Assembly (NCBI GenBank): GCA_036676395.1
Contig: JAKFCY010000002.1
Coordinates: forward strand, 2,208,001 to 2,272,000
Direction: 5' to 3'
Origin: Bdellovibrio sp.
GTDB lineage: Bacteria > Bdellovibrionota > Bdellovibrionia > Bdellovibrionales > Bdellovibrionaceae
DNA: 64,000 bases
A model generated the notes under the pieces. It worked only from the letters and a program-made list of their open reading frames with translations, was not told the origin of the DNA and made no database searches. This document shows, one piece after another, positions 9,513 to 19,053 of this stretch (positions within the stretch are counted from its first letter, which is position 1; each line of letters begins with the position of its first letter). The position numbers and the translations under genes were made by a program.

Positions 9513-10184
9513 TTATTTTGTTAATTTTCTGATTTGAATATTAAACTGACCAACGGGATGTAGCTGATCAGTGCGCTCTTTAAAATCTACAATCACTTTT
9601 TCTTGGTCTGCCGCACTTAAATCCTGAAGAATTAAATCTTTGCTATTTAAGTCATGTCCGGCAAAATACATCTGCGTGATTAATTCACGGTGACGTAACG
9701 CTGAAATCTTAAAATGTATATGCGGCGGACGATCCCAACCTGTATCTGCAGGATAAGCCCCCGGAATAATTGTTCTAAAACGATAAAACCCTTTTTCATC
9801 AGTAATGGCTTTACCCCAGTATTGAAAATTTGGGTCAAGCTCTGCTGTATTTGGATCGGCAGCATGATTGTATCGTCCGGTATGACAAGCTTGCCAAATT
9901 TCAACCAGGGCATTTTTTACCGGCGTGCAGTGTTGATCGGTCACAATACCTTCAACAATCACGATTTCACCAAGAGCCTGAGCAGAACTTCCTTTAATGT
10001 AAACTAAATCGCCGTCTTTATCGACCTGATCCACAGTGGGATAAAATGGTCCTTCAACTTGTTTTGGTGTTAATCCATTAACGCACATCACATCCTCCGC
10101 TTTAACAACGCGAGCGAATGCAAATACTGATAAAGAAGATAACAGGCCATTTCTAATAAGTTCACGTCTTTTCATTTTGAACAC
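9513..10184 (-). CDS. Intradiol ring-cleavage dioxygenase family protein with Tat-like signal
   Basis: EGPFYP, VEIWQA, GRY, PGAYP and RPPHIH (Tyr/Tyr/His/His Fe ligands); KRRELI twin-arginine. Confidence 0.88.
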   Translation of the reverse strand: MFKMKRRELIRNGLLSSLSVFAFARVVKAEDVMCVNGLTPKQVEGPFYPTVDQVDKDGDLVYIKGSSAQALGEIVIVEGIVTDQHCTPVKNALVEIWQACHTGRYNHAADPNTAELDPNFQYWGKAITDEKGFYRFRTIIPGAYPADTGWDRPPHIHFKISALRHRELITQMYFAGHDLNSKDLILQDLSAADQEKVIVDFKERTDQLHPVGQFNIQIRKLTK

Positions 10185-10264
10185 TTCCTTCTTAAAATTA
10201 GAAGTACTGAAAAAACAATAATAAATATAATGAAAGTTATGTTTAGATATGATAACTAATATTA

Positions 10265-11107
10265 ATGATTAACCAAACCGACCTTAAATACTTTTTAGAA
10301 CTGTCACAAACCCTGCACTTAACCAGAGCCTCTGAGCGCTTGGGCATTACCCAGCCAGCATTAAGCCACTGTGTAAAACGTTTAGAGTCAGATTTAAACT
10401 GCCAGCTTTTTTTACGTTCTAAAAAAGGCGTGCAGCTTACTCCTGCCGGCACAAAGTTAAAACAATCGGCTAACTCGATGATTCAACAATGGGAAAATCT
10501 CAAACAAAATATCTCGGATGATATCGAAACTCCACAGGGAGTTATTAAACTTGGGGTTCATTCAGCGGTCGCGCAATATTCGCTGAGTTTTCTGGGCTCT
10601 TTCTTGAAAAAAAATCCGGCGATTGAAGTGCAACTGACTCACGGCTTATCGCGCTATATGACCGAACAAGTGGTCAGTTCGGTATTAGATACCGCATTTG
10701 CGGTGAATCCGGCGCCCCACCCCGATTTGATTATTAAAGAGATTTGTCGCGATGAAGTTTGTTTATGGAAAGCCAAGAACTGCCAAAATGATGATGTGTT
10801 GATCATCGAACCGAGTCTTTTACAAACCCAGGATATTTTGCAAAAATTAAATAAAAAGGGTTTCAACTTTAAACGCGTTATCGAATCGTCTAGTTTAGAG
10901 GTTATTGCCAATCTTGTGGCTCATGGCGTTGGTTGCGGCATCGTTCCAGAACGGGTTTTACAAATTTATGAACAGCAAAGCTACGAAAAAGTTAAAGGCG
11001 CACCGCAGTTCTCTGATAAGATCTGTTTGGTTTACAAACAAGAGTTTCGTAAAGTCAAACGCGGCCAGATTTTTATCGAGAGCATTTTACACAGTCTAAA
11101 GGAATAA
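10265..11107 (+). CDS. LysR family transcriptional regulator
   Basis: HTH TRASERLGITQPALS...LFLRSKKGVQLTPAG; divergent from the dioxygenase. Confidence 0.93.
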   Translation: MINQTDLKYFLELSQTLHLTRASERLGITQPALSHCVKRLESDLNCQLFLRSKKGVQLTPAGTKLKQSANSMIQQWENLKQNISDDIETPQGVIKLGVHSAVAQYSLSFLGSFLKKNPAIEVQLTHGLSRYMTEQVVSSVLDTAFAVNPAPHPDLIIKEICRDEVCLWKAKNCQNDDVLIIEPSLLQTQDILQKLNKKGFNFKRVIESSSLEVIANLVAHGVGCGIVPERVLQIYEQQSYEKVKGAPQFSDKICLVYKQEFRKVKRGQIFIESILHSLKE

Positions 11108-11110
11108 CCC

Positions 11111-11917
11111 ATGTCACAAAAATATATTCACGGTTTTGAAAAAAAAGAGCAGGATCGCTTAATTCATCAGGCTGATTTTTTAGAACCCTATATATATCAA
11201 GGTGTTGATTTAGAATTTACTAAAAACCTATTAGAAGTCGGTTGCGGTGTCGGCGCGCAAACCCAAATTCTTTGTCGTCGGTTTCCGAAATTACAAATCG
11301 ATGGCATTGATTTATCACAAGCACAGTTAAAAACAGCCAGTAAATACCTAGCCAAAGAAATTAAATCAGGCCGTGTTACCCTACAACAGCAAGACGCACA
11401 AAAAATGAAACTCAGCAAAACTGATTACGATGCAGCTTTTGTCTGTTGGTTCTTAGAACATGTTCCTGATCCATTATTGGTTTTAAAAAATGTCTATAAA
11501 AATTTAAAACCGGACGGCAAAGTTTATATCTCTGAAGTTTTTAACCACAGTCTATTTATGGAGCCCTATTCACCGGCGTATTTAAAATATTGGTTTGAAT
11601 TTAATGATTACCAATGGGAAATCAAGGGCCACCCGTTTGTCGGCGCCCAATTAGGCAATTTATTAAAAGCTTCTGGTTTCAAAAATATTAATGTTGAAAT
11701 TCGGCCATTTCATTTCGATGCCCGCGAACCTGAAAAACGAGCGGCCTTTATCGATTTTTTCTTTGATATTCTATTAAGTGCTGAGCAAACACTTATCGAA
11801 AAAAAGCGCGTAAGCCCGCAATTAATCAAGCAAATGAAATCTGAAGTAGAAACTGTAAAAAAATCTAAAAATTCAGTCTTCTTTTATTCTTATGTGCGAG
11901 CTACTGCGACAAAATAA
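11111..11917 (+). CDS. Class I SAM-dependent methyltransferase
   Basis: LLEVGCGVG, LEHVPDP, LKPDG. Confidence 0.88.
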   Translation: MSQKYIHGFEKKEQDRLIHQADFLEPYIYQGVDLEFTKNLLEVGCGVGAQTQILCRRFPKLQIDGIDLSQAQLKTASKYLAKEIKSGRVTLQQQDAQKMKLSKTDYDAAFVCWFLEHVPDPLLVLKNVYKNLKPDGKVYISEVFNHSLFMEPYSPAYLKYWFEFNDYQWEIKGHPFVGAQLGNLLKASGFKNINVEIRPFHFDAREPEKRAAFIDFFFDILLSAEQTLIEKKRVSPQLIKQMKSEVETVKKSKNSVFFYSYVRATATK

Positions 11918-12004
11918 GCCGTAGCGTTTCGCCTCAAAATTCAGGAATTTCACCACAACTAGTTTTGTGAAGTACACCTCTTGCGCTTTAAGCGGCAAAG
12001 GCTT

Positions 12005-12020
12005 TGGTTGCGCACTTGCA
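12005..12020 (+). promoter_or_regulatory. Sigma-54 promoter for DUF1328-OmpA-Hpt genes
   Basis: TGGTTGCGCACTTGCA: GG-N10-GC, 45 nt upstream of ATG 12066. Confidence 0.65.
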
Positions 12021-12065
12021 ATCACATAAGAGACCGTTCAACTAAAAATCTATTGGAGGTACCTT

Positions 12066-12248
12066 ATGTTAAGAGCCGCAATCACATTCTTTGTGTTGGC
12101 TTTAGTGGCCATTCTTTTTGGAGCTACTGGTTTTGCCGGGGTTTCTATGGAAATCGGACGCGTATTACTGGCTGTTTTCCTAATTCTTGCTGCAATCAGC
12201 TTTGTTGCGAGTCTCATCGGCGGAAGACGTCAGGATTACCTTCCTTAA
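12066..12248 (+). CDS. DUF1328 (YtjA-like) small membrane protein
   Basis: MLRAAITFFVLALVAILFGATGFAG pattern; GGAGG RBS. Confidence 0.88.
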   Translation: MLRAAITFFVLALVAILFGATGFAGVSMEIGRVLLAVFLILAAISFVASLIGGRRQDYLP

Positions 12249-12335
12249 TATCCACTTCCCCACAGGGATATGATTCATGCAACCTCTCTTGTATGGATCA
12301 TATCCCTGTCATTTACTCTCTATAAGGAGACCGCT

Positions 12336-13325
12336 ATGCGTTCTTTAAATGATCATATCAATTTAAATTTTACTGTAATTGCTTTGTTCTACGTGCTGAT
12401 TAGTTTTTCAGGGTGTGCGAATAAAGCTCATCGTGTTCAATTTCCTGAAGGCACAAACCCAAGTGTTGAACTGAGTCGCTTAGAAGCTGATATTCAGCAA
12501 GGTGAATTAAATCAAGTTGATATCAGCTCACCAAACTATTTCGCAGTGGCTAAAAGAAAATTAGCCGAAGCCCGTAAAATGGAGACTGAAGGTAAATCAG
12601 AAAAGAAAATCCTTGAAACTGTTGGCGATGCGCGCGGAAATCTAGAGTACGCCCTTAGCCAACAACAAGAAGCACGCGGTGAAATCAGTGGTATTCTAGA
12701 TGCCCGCAAAATGGCGTTAAAAGCCGGCGCTCTTGAAAATTCTCCGAGCGAGTTTCAACGTATTGACTGGGAACTCAAAGAAGCCATTAAAGATCATAAA
12801 CCAAATAAAGAGTATTTCTCTTTTAGTGAAAACCAAGCTTTTAAAAACAAATACTACAGTCTGCAAAGCCGTGCTATGGCCGCGCGGCAAAATACTGACC
12901 CGACAGCGGCAGCCCTTGCAGAACTTAATTTCGATCCAAAAATGGCTGAAGTCATGCGCGACGGTGAAAAAATCGTGGTGCGCTTAATCGGCAGCAACTT
13001 TGCTCCGGGCCAAGCTAAAATTTCTGACGAAGTCATGCCTGCTTTAGACAAAGTAAAACAGATTTTAACTTCGATGAATCAAGAGCAAGTTAAAATCGAG
13101 GGCTTTACAGATTCAACAGGCAATGCCGAGCTAAATCAAAAAATTTCTGAGGCCCGCGCTGAAGCGGTCGCAGATTATTTACTTTCAGGCGAAGCCATCA
13201 CGCAGGATCAGATTGAATATCAAGGTTTAGGTGCCACCAATCCAGTGACCTCTAATTTAACCAAAGAAGGCCGCGCGGCGAATCGTCGTGTTGATATTAT
13301 TATTACTCCAACAAGAGTGGAATAA
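12336..13325 (+). CDS. OmpA-family peptidoglycan-binding lipoprotein
   Basis: IEGFTDSTG, NQKISEARA, NRRVDI; lipobox FSGC; AAGGAG precedes ATG 12336. Confidence 0.88.
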   Translation: MRSLNDHINLNFTVIALFYVLISFSGCANKAHRVQFPEGTNPSVELSRLEADIQQGELNQVDISSPNYFAVAKRKLAEARKMETEGKSEKKILETVGDARGNLEYALSQQQEARGEISGILDARKMALKAGALENSPSEFQRIDWELKEAIKDHKPNKEYFSFSENQAFKNKYYSLQSRAMAARQNTDPTAAALAELNFDPKMAEVMRDGEKIVVRLIGSNFAPGQAKISDEVMPALDKVKQILTSMNQEQVKIEGFTDSTGNAELNQKISEARAEAVADYLLSGEAITQDQIEYQGLGATNPVTSNLTKEGRAANRRVDIIITPTRVE

Positions 13326-13327
13326 AC

Positions 13328-13612
13328 ATGAAAACTGAAATGGATATTCCGAAAGAAGCTATCCTTAAATATTTAGAGCGTCGCTTTACCGACATCGAAA
13401 ATTGCCGGATAGCTTTACAGCGAGGCGACTTATCAGTTTGTGAAACGGTCGGCCACCAACTTAAAGGCAACGGGTCAACATTCGGTTTTCCTGAAATTTC
13501 AACGGTTGGAAAATCTTTAGAACTTGCGGCGAAAGCCCATGATAGCGATTCGGCTTCGCACTTGGTTGATGAATTAGAAAGCATTGTCAAAAAAACCACG
13601 CTACATCATTAA
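13328..13612 (+). CDS. Stand-alone Hpt (histidine phosphotransfer) protein
   Basis: GHQLKGNGSTFG motif. Confidence 0.88.
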   Translation: MKTEMDIPKEAILKYLERRFTDIENCRIALQRGDLSVCETVGHQLKGNGSTFGFPEISTVGKSLELAAKAHDSDSASHLVDELESIVKKTTLHH

Positions 13613-13696
13613 AGTCCAAATTCTCTCTATAACGGGGAATTTTTACTGCTTAAATTCATTTAAACTCATAACTGCAAAGGTAAACTTTCTTACGGC

Positions 13697-13712
13697 TGGC
13701 TCGGCCTTTGCT
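13697..13712 (+). promoter_or_regulatory. Sigma-54 promoter for the single-domain response regulator
   Basis: TGGCTCGGCCTTTGCT: GG-N10-GC, about 40 nt upstream of ATG 13752. Confidence 0.7.
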
Positions 13713-13751
13713 TATTCTAGTGGGTACCAGAATTTTCAGAGGGGTGAAAAA

Positions 13752-14228
13752 ATGAATCAGTTAACGCACGTGAATGCGACTAAGATAGTCCATCCACGTC
13801 AAGGAAGAGTCTTAATCGTCGAAGACGATCGCGATCTAGCAGAAGTATTAGCAGACAAATTTGCATTCGATGGTGCCTATGTCGAAGTCGCCAACGACCC
13901 ATACGAAGCCTTAAATCAAATGTCTGAACATCATTTTGATTTAGTCATTATGGATTGGGAATTACCTGATATGACCGGCGGTGAAACGCTCAAACAAGCC
14001 GACCGCAACGCGATGATTGATCCGTTAGCTTCAGAGCAATGGAACATGAAAAAAACGCCAGTGGTCATTTTATCTGCTCACAAAGCACGTGAATGCAGAA
14101 CCAATAAAAATAATACTTATCGTGTGGTTTCATACATCAGTAAACGACAGCCATTTGCGAATATCTTGAAAAGCCTTAGAGACGTTCTACAATCAGCAAT
14201 TAGCCCGGCTTTAGTCAAAGCCGTCTAA
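13752..14228 (+). CDS. Single-domain response regulator (receiver only)
   Basis: VLIVEDD, LVIMDWELP, VVILSA; GAGGGG RBS before ATG 13752. Confidence 0.85.
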   Translation: MNQLTHVNATKIVHPRQGRVLIVEDDRDLAEVLADKFAFDGAYVEVANDPYEALNQMSEHHFDLVIMDWELPDMTGGETLKQADRNAMIDPLASEQWNMKKTPVVILSAHKARECRTNKNNTYRVVSYISKRQPFANILKSLRDVLQSAISPALVKAV

Positions 14229-14248
14229 TACAATTGTTAACCACTAAT

Positions 14249-14281
14249 AAAAAAAGCATCGCTAATAACGATGCTTTTTTT
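14249..14281. terminator. Bidirectional intrinsic terminator
   Basis: AAAAAAAGCATCG-CTAATAA-CGATGCTTTTTTT between convergent genes. Confidence 0.85.
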
Positions 14282-14302
14282 ATTTCAGCAGTAGTTTTAA
14301 AA

Positions 14303-15760
14303 CTACTGCTGTAACATATTTTCTGTTTTTTGCATAGCTGCCAGTTTTCGGTACAACGTTTTGCGGTCGATACCTAATTCTTTAGCTGTCTTTTCTTTTG
14401 ATTCATTATTTTTACGTAAAACTTTTAAGATATAGATCTGACATAATTCTTCAAGTTTCAGCGTACGTTCATTCATGACGATTTTTTCTAAGGTCATCTC
14501 GGTGGTTAACTTCGGCGGAGCCGAAACCACTGGAAGAGCCGCATCCACGACATCTTCTGTGCTCACCTTTTCAAAGTCCACTAAGTCTTTACACTCAATG
14601 ACAGGGCCCGTGGCTAAGACCACGGCCCGTTCTACAGTGTTTTCCAACTCGCGCACATTTCCACGCCACGTATTGTTTAATAAATGGTCGGTCGCTTCAC
14701 GCGAAAAACCACTTAAAGATATGCCGTTGAGTGCTGAATATTTTTTTAGAAAATATTCAGCTAAGGGAAGGATATCTTCTTTACGTTGGCGTAATGGCGG
14801 AATACGAATCGGAATAACATTTAAACGAAAGTATAAATCTTCGCGAAAACGGCGTTCTTGCACTTCAAAGCGCAAATCTTTATGAGTCGCTGCAACGATG
14901 CGTACATCGATATTGCGCTGCTGGTTTTCACCAATACGACGAATCTTTTTTTCTTGCAGCACGCGAAGTAATTTGGCTTGTAACTGCAAGGTCATATCCC
15001 CGATTTCATCTAAGAATAGAGTTCCGCCTTCAGCTTCTTCAAATAGACCCACCTTTTTATCAATGGCGCCGGTAAAAGACCCCTTGGCATGACCAAAAAG
15101 TTCTGACTCTAATAATGTTTCAGGAATCGCCGAGCAATTGATCGTCACAAACGGTTCTTTACTGCGAGGACCCATTTGGTGTACAGCTTTTGCGATCACT
15201 TCTTTACCCGCACCAGATTCTCCGGTGATCAGGATATGCGCTTGGCTTGACGCTACTTTTTTCGCTAAATCCAGCGCCTGGCGAAAGCCTGCAGATTTAC
15301 CGATGATACCTGTTACACCGGTACCTTCTTTGTTTTGAATCACTGCTTTTAGAACTTTGTTTTCACCACTGACTTTACGGTAATGCATTGCTCTTTGAAC
15401 AGAGGTTAATAAATTAGGAAATGGAATTGGTTTTAAAATAAAATCATAGGCACCGACTTCAACTGTTTGCACAGCTAAATCAACATCGTTATGCCCAGTC
15501 ACTAAGATCACGGGAATATCTATGTCTTCATCATGTAACCTTTGCGTGAATTCGATTCCAGAAAGTTCGGGCATCATTAAATCGGTAATGATAACATCGA
15601 AATTTTCTTGGTTTTTTTTTAAGCTCGCTAAAGCATCGAGCGGTGTGGAAAATGTCGTTACGTCAAAACCGCGTGGTTTAAAAAACGCTTCAATCACTTC
15701 TGACATATCTTGGTCATCTTCGACTACGGCTAAACGCCCAGTTGCATTCAATGATTTCAT
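14303..15760 (-). CDS. NtrC/AtoC-type sigma-54-dependent response regulator (receiver-AAA+-Fis HTH)
   Basis: Receiver, [51 protein letters not shown]. Confidence 0.95.
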   Translation of the reverse strand: MKSLNATGRLAVVEDDQDMSEVIEAFFKPRGFDVTTFSTPLDALASLKKNQENFDVIITDLMMPELSGIEFTQRLHDEDIDIPVILVTGHNDVDLAVQTVEVGAYDFILKPIPFPNLLTSVQRAMHYRKVSGENKVLKAVIQNKEGTGVTGIIGKSAGFRQALDLAKKVASSQAHILITGESGAGKEVIAKAVHQMGPRSKEPFVTINCSAIPETLLESELFGHAKGSFTGAIDKKVGLFEEAEGGTLFLDEIGDMTLQLQAKLLRVLQEKKIRRIGENQQRNIDVRIVAATHKDLRFEVQERRFREDLYFRLNVIPIRIPPLRQRKEDILPLAEYFLKKYSALNGISLSGFSREATDHLLNNTWRGNVRELENTVERAVVLATGPVIECKDLVDFEKVSTEDVVDAALPVVSAPPKLTTEMTLEKIVMNERTLKLEELCQIYILKVLRKNNESKEKTAKELGIDRKTLYRKLAAMQKTENMLQQ

Positions 15761-16209
15761 TATACAGCTCCTGTTGCAGCATCTCTGGTATGATGCGCGT
15801 GATGTTCGTGTTTTTCTCTTCTGTTGTTCACAAAATCTGTAATTAATACCGCTAATGCGTCTTCAATCGGCGAGTGCGCTCCGTGAATAACTTCAGACGG
15901 TTTTACGGCGTGCTCTTTTCTTAAATTTGCGACCACCAAAAATACAATTCCTAGAACACAAATTCCCAAGCCACCAGCTGCTACCGCAGATAACAAGAAG
16001 TAACCTTTTAAATCATAAGTAGATAAAGTATTAAAAAATGAAACTAAAAAACCAGTCAGCAGTAAGATAATTCCTACTAAACTCAGAGCTGCAGATTGGG
16101 CCATCACTTTGACCCGAGCTAAAGCATAGTCAACAATCACTTCATATGGAATCTGCAACATGCGCTTACCAAATAAAAATGATCCAATAAAACGAAGAAT
16201 TTTAAACAT
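15760..16209 (-). CDS. Two-TM membrane protein, YqjE/holin-X-like
   Basis: Two TM helices, position downstream of a DUF883 gene; family assignment is from context. Confidence 0.55.
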   Translation of the reverse strand: MFKILRFIGSFLFGKRMLQIPYEVIVDYALARVKVMAQSAALSLVGIILLLTGFLVSFFNTLSTYDLKGYFLLSAVAAGGLGICVLGIVFLVVANLRKEHAVKPSEVIHGAHSPIEDALAVLITDFVNNRREKHEHHAHHTRDAATGAV

Positions 16210-16226
16210 AGCTCTGGCCCCCAAAG

Positions 16227-16253
16227 AAAAAAGGCCCTGGTAAGTCAGAGCCT
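16227..16253 (-). terminator. Intrinsic terminator after the DUF883 gene
   Basis: AGGCTCTG-ACTTAC-CAGGGCCT-TTTTT on the minus strand. Confidence 0.6.
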
Positions 16254-16266
16254 GTTTTTAAAAAAA

Positions 16267-16587
16267 TTAACTTGAACGACGACGGCCAAATAGCAGGCCG
16301 GCGATTACGCCCACACCAACTGCGGCACCTAACCAGGCTGCCGGATTACGGCGAACCGCTGAGATTGATGTATCGTAGGCTTCGACTGATCTAGTTCTTA
16401 AACCAGAAAGTGCTTCAGACATACGTTCTGCAATTGGAGTTTCTAAAAACTCTTCACCGGCACGACGTGCGCGATCTACTGCATGAGATGCTTTATCACT
16501 GATTTTTTCAGCTGCGTGAGACGCTTTATCACTGTATTTATCAGCTTTTGAATTAAATTGATTTTTGATATCAGAAGTCGTTTCCAT
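16267..16587 (-). CDS. DUF883 (ElaB/YqjD) family tail-anchored protein
   Basis: C-terminal VRRNPAAWLGAAVGVGVIAGLLFGRR; AAGGAG before ATG 16587. Confidence 0.85.
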   Translation of the reverse strand: METTSDIKNQFNSKADKYSDKASHAAEKISDKASHAVDRARRAGEEFLETPIAERMSEALSGLRTRSVEAYDTSISAVRRNPAAWLGAAVGVGVIAGLLFGRRRSS

Positions 16588-16680
16588 TTTTTCTCCTTGG
16601 CGTTTCAAACACCTTATTTGTTTTGATTAATCGATCCAAATGCAGACCGGGTTCGTGAATTATTTTAAACTTGTCGTTAA

Positions 16681-17232
16681 CTACTTTTTTGTGAAAATCA
16701 TCAATACTGCTTTAGAAGCCTGCCCCTTTTCACCAAATAAGCCAGTTTCAGAATCTTGCACCGGAGCAGCCCCCGCCACTTCAGTCGTTTTTTTAACGCG
16801 CGCATCTTTTGTATTTAAAAATTCTTTTAATGCTCCAGGGCGCTTGGCCATGTTAAATCCTGAAACGTCTTTAATCTTTAAATCACTTTTTAAAAAAGCT
16901 TTTACAGTTTCGATTCTTCGTTTAGCTAAAGTTACATTAGCTTTACTTTGTGAAGTTTTACTGGCTGGATATTCTTGGTCTGACCAAGCTAAGACATTTA
17001 TATAATCGAGCTCACCTTTTTGGCGGGCTTCATCAACGACATTGCGAATTTCTGCCCGACTCTGATCAGTTAAGGCATCAGAACCAGCGACAAATTCAAT
17101 TTCACCTAAGTTTGCAGCACCTAAACTAGTAGCTGCTTGGCGAGTTTGCTCTGAGATCATTGCCAATGCTTCAATGGCAAACAATGAGCCCACTAACGAA
17201 ATAACGACAAGACAACGCAAAAACAATTTCAT
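16681..17232 (-). CDS. Exported protein with degenerate OmpA-C-like fold
   Basis: Signal peptide; IEFVAGSDALT...VLAWSD...NVTLAKRRIETV resembles the OmpA-C pattern. Confidence 0.55.
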   Translation of the reverse strand: MKLFLRCLVVISLVGSLFAIEALAMISEQTRQAATSLGAANLGEIEFVAGSDALTDQSRAEIRNVVDEARQKGELDYINVLAWSDQEYPASKTSQSKANVTLAKRRIETVKAFLKSDLKIKDVSGFNMAKRPGALKEFLNTKDARVKKTTEVAGAAPVQDSETGLFGEKGQASKAVLMIFTKK

Positions 17233-17266
17233 ACCATTCCCCTAATCCTGTGATTTGTTTGATGTT

Positions 17267-17282
17267 TGCAATGACTGCGCCA
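17267..17282 (-). promoter_or_regulatory. Sigma-54 promoter for the OmpA-like/DUF883 operon
   Basis: TGGCGCAGTCATTGCA: close match to TGGCAC-N5-TTGCA. Confidence 0.75.
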
Positions 17283-17348
17283 CCAAAAATACAGAGTTAA
17301 GTCGTATGTGTTTATTCTTGCAATATCACTGAGGGGCGTTTCGCCACG

Positions 17349-18029
17349 CTAAAGAGCAAAATGTCCCATCATGATGTCTTCAAAAAATGACCCGCGCTGT
17401 TTTTGATCGTCGACAATATGAATTTCTAAAACCCAAATATTTTTAACAGGACTTTGTTCGTACTCAAAAAGTTTATGTTTTGAATAAAGTTGATGCGGAA
17501 AATCACCAAGGCGGTGCCCGGCCATTCGGTGATCTAAACGATAACCAAGTTCACTGGTTTTATTCTGGGCAAATTCAAATAATTTAATTCCGGTAGCACC
17601 CGTTTGTTGCCAGTGCTTTTCTGTTTCACGAAAAATCAATTCACTCGCGTTAGCTAGCTTTACATAATTTGTATCTAACTGAGCACCTGCTTTATTTAAA
17701 ACTACAGTTCGTCCAAAATCTGCTTCGTGATTATCTATGATTGGGCCTATATCAATAAAAACTAAATCTTGATCTTGGCATTTTAAATTCTCATCAGGTA
17801 AGTCACGAAAAGTTTTTGTCGTGTCGCTACACATGCGAAATTTTGTCGGATGCCAGAACTTAAGTACACCTAAGTCTTTAAACACATCTTTAACAAGAAT
17901 CTGCCCGTCTTTTTCAGTCATTCCAATTTCGATACGCGAAATGATTTCATCAGCTGCTTTTTGACAAATCATGCGCGCATTTAAAAAAGTTTCTAAATTA
18001 AATTCAGGTCCTAACTGTTCATGATTCAT
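17349..18029 (-). CDS. M24 family metallopeptidase
   Basis: DIGP...EADFGRT, GHRLG, LEIH, FFED metal-ligand motifs. Confidence 0.82.
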   Translation of the reverse strand: MNHEQLGPEFNLETFLNARMICQKAADEIISRIEIGMTEKDGQILVKDVFKDLGVLKFWHPTKFRMCSDTTKTFRDLPDENLKCQDQDLVFIDIGPIIDNHEADFGRTVVLNKAGAQLDTNYVKLANASELIFRETEKHWQQTGATGIKLFEFAQNKTSELGYRLDHRMAGHRLGDFPHQLYSKHKLFEYEQSPVKNIWVLEIHIVDDQKQRGSFFEDIMMGHFAL

Positions 18030-18867
18030 AAGAACTTCCTACACAGGCGGCAATAACTAAGGCCATGGCTGTAAATTGAATTATATCTAAAGTTTCATGT
18101 AAAAATACAAATCCGACTAACGTAGCCACCACGGGCTCAAAACTCATTAGAATCCCAAAAGTTTTCTCTGGAATCTTTTGCATCGCTTTTAATTCTAAGC
18201 TGTACGGTAAAGCACTTGATAAAACGGCTACACCTAAGCCTGCTAACCAATAATTTGGATTTATGACTTGGGTTGTATTTATATATAAACCTAAAGGCAA
18301 AGCCAAGACGGCGGCAAAACACATTCCCAGACTAGAAACAATTAAACTGGCATGGCCGCTACGAACCGCTTTTTTACCAAAGATAATATACAATCCCCAA
18401 AAAAATGCAGCCACTAAGGCTAAAAACATGCCGAAGTAATCAATTTTCGCTTCACCACTGTGATAGAATAAAATTCCAATCCCGGCGGCAGCTAAGATCA
18501 CCCATAAAATATCACGCCATTTACGCGAATATAAAACAGATACGGCTAGTGGCCCCGTAAATTCTAAAGTTACAGCTAAACCTAAGGGAATTTTCTGTAT
18601 CGAAAAGTAAAAAAATATATTCATTAACCCCAACGATAATCCATAAACTGCGATCAACCCCAGTTGTGCACGGTCAGCAATAATGCTTTTGAAGATGGAT
18701 TTGTTTTTAATGGGGTTAGCAATCGCTACTAATATAAGGGCTGCGAAAAATACGCGTAACGCTGTCGTCCCTGCAGGGCCTAAATCAGTAAATAAACCCT
18801 TGGCCACTGAAGCACCGAATTGAATTGAAAGCATCGCAATGACTAAGGCTAAATATGAAGAAAAAAT
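18019..18867 (-). CDS. EamA/RhtA-like amino-acid exporter
   Basis: AMLSIQFGASVAK, LEFTGPLAV, SSALPYSLE, FGILMSFEP; start uncertain (ATG 18834, or ATT 18867, see findings). Confidence 0.85.
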   Translation of the reverse strand: MFSSYLALVIAMLSIQFGASVAKGLFTDLGPAGTTALRVFFAALILVAIANPIKNKSIFKSIIADRAQLGLIAVYGLSLGLMNIFFYFSIQKIPLGLAVTLEFTGPLAVSVLYSRKWRDILWVILAAAGIGILFYHSGEAKIDYFGMFLALVAAFFWGLYIIFGKKAVRSGHASLIVSSLGMCFAAVLALPLGLYINTTQVINPNYWLAGLGVAVLSSALPYSLELKAMQKIPEKTFGILMSFEPVVATLVGFVFLHETLDIIQFTAMALVIAACVGSSYES

Positions 18868-18999
18868 TAAGGCGCTCCTTGGTTGAAAAAATTTGTCTAT
18901 TTTTTTTACTCTATTTTAAAACTAACTATCTAACATTTAGTCAAAAAAATGCACCTTTGTAAACCCCTGTATTAAGTGGAGATTTTAAGGTTTTAAATG

Positions 19000-19026
19000 T
19001 GTAGTTTTCACAGAATTCGCCGAAAC
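19000..19026 (+). promoter_or_regulatory. Candidate sigma-28 (FliA) promoter
   Basis: TGTAGTTT-N11-GCCGAAAC versus consensus TAAAGTTT-N11-GCCGATAA. Confidence 0.55.
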
Positions 19027-19053
19027 TGAACCTAGATTGACAAGGAGTCAAAA

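Noticed and set aside
11981..12325. 114-aa ORF overlapping DUF1328, and the many other short nested or antisense ORFs in the track (e.g. 21495-22007, 14475-14885, 22555-22989, 49682-50110)
   Set aside because: Shadow frames of well-supported genes, with no recognisable motifs.
13584..13751. N-terminal extension of the response regulator (similarly 12270-12335, 39388-39477, 46364-46408, 59781-59816)
   Set aside because: Better RBS-ATG/GTG pairs lie downstream, and several extensions overlap promoters or neighbouring genes.
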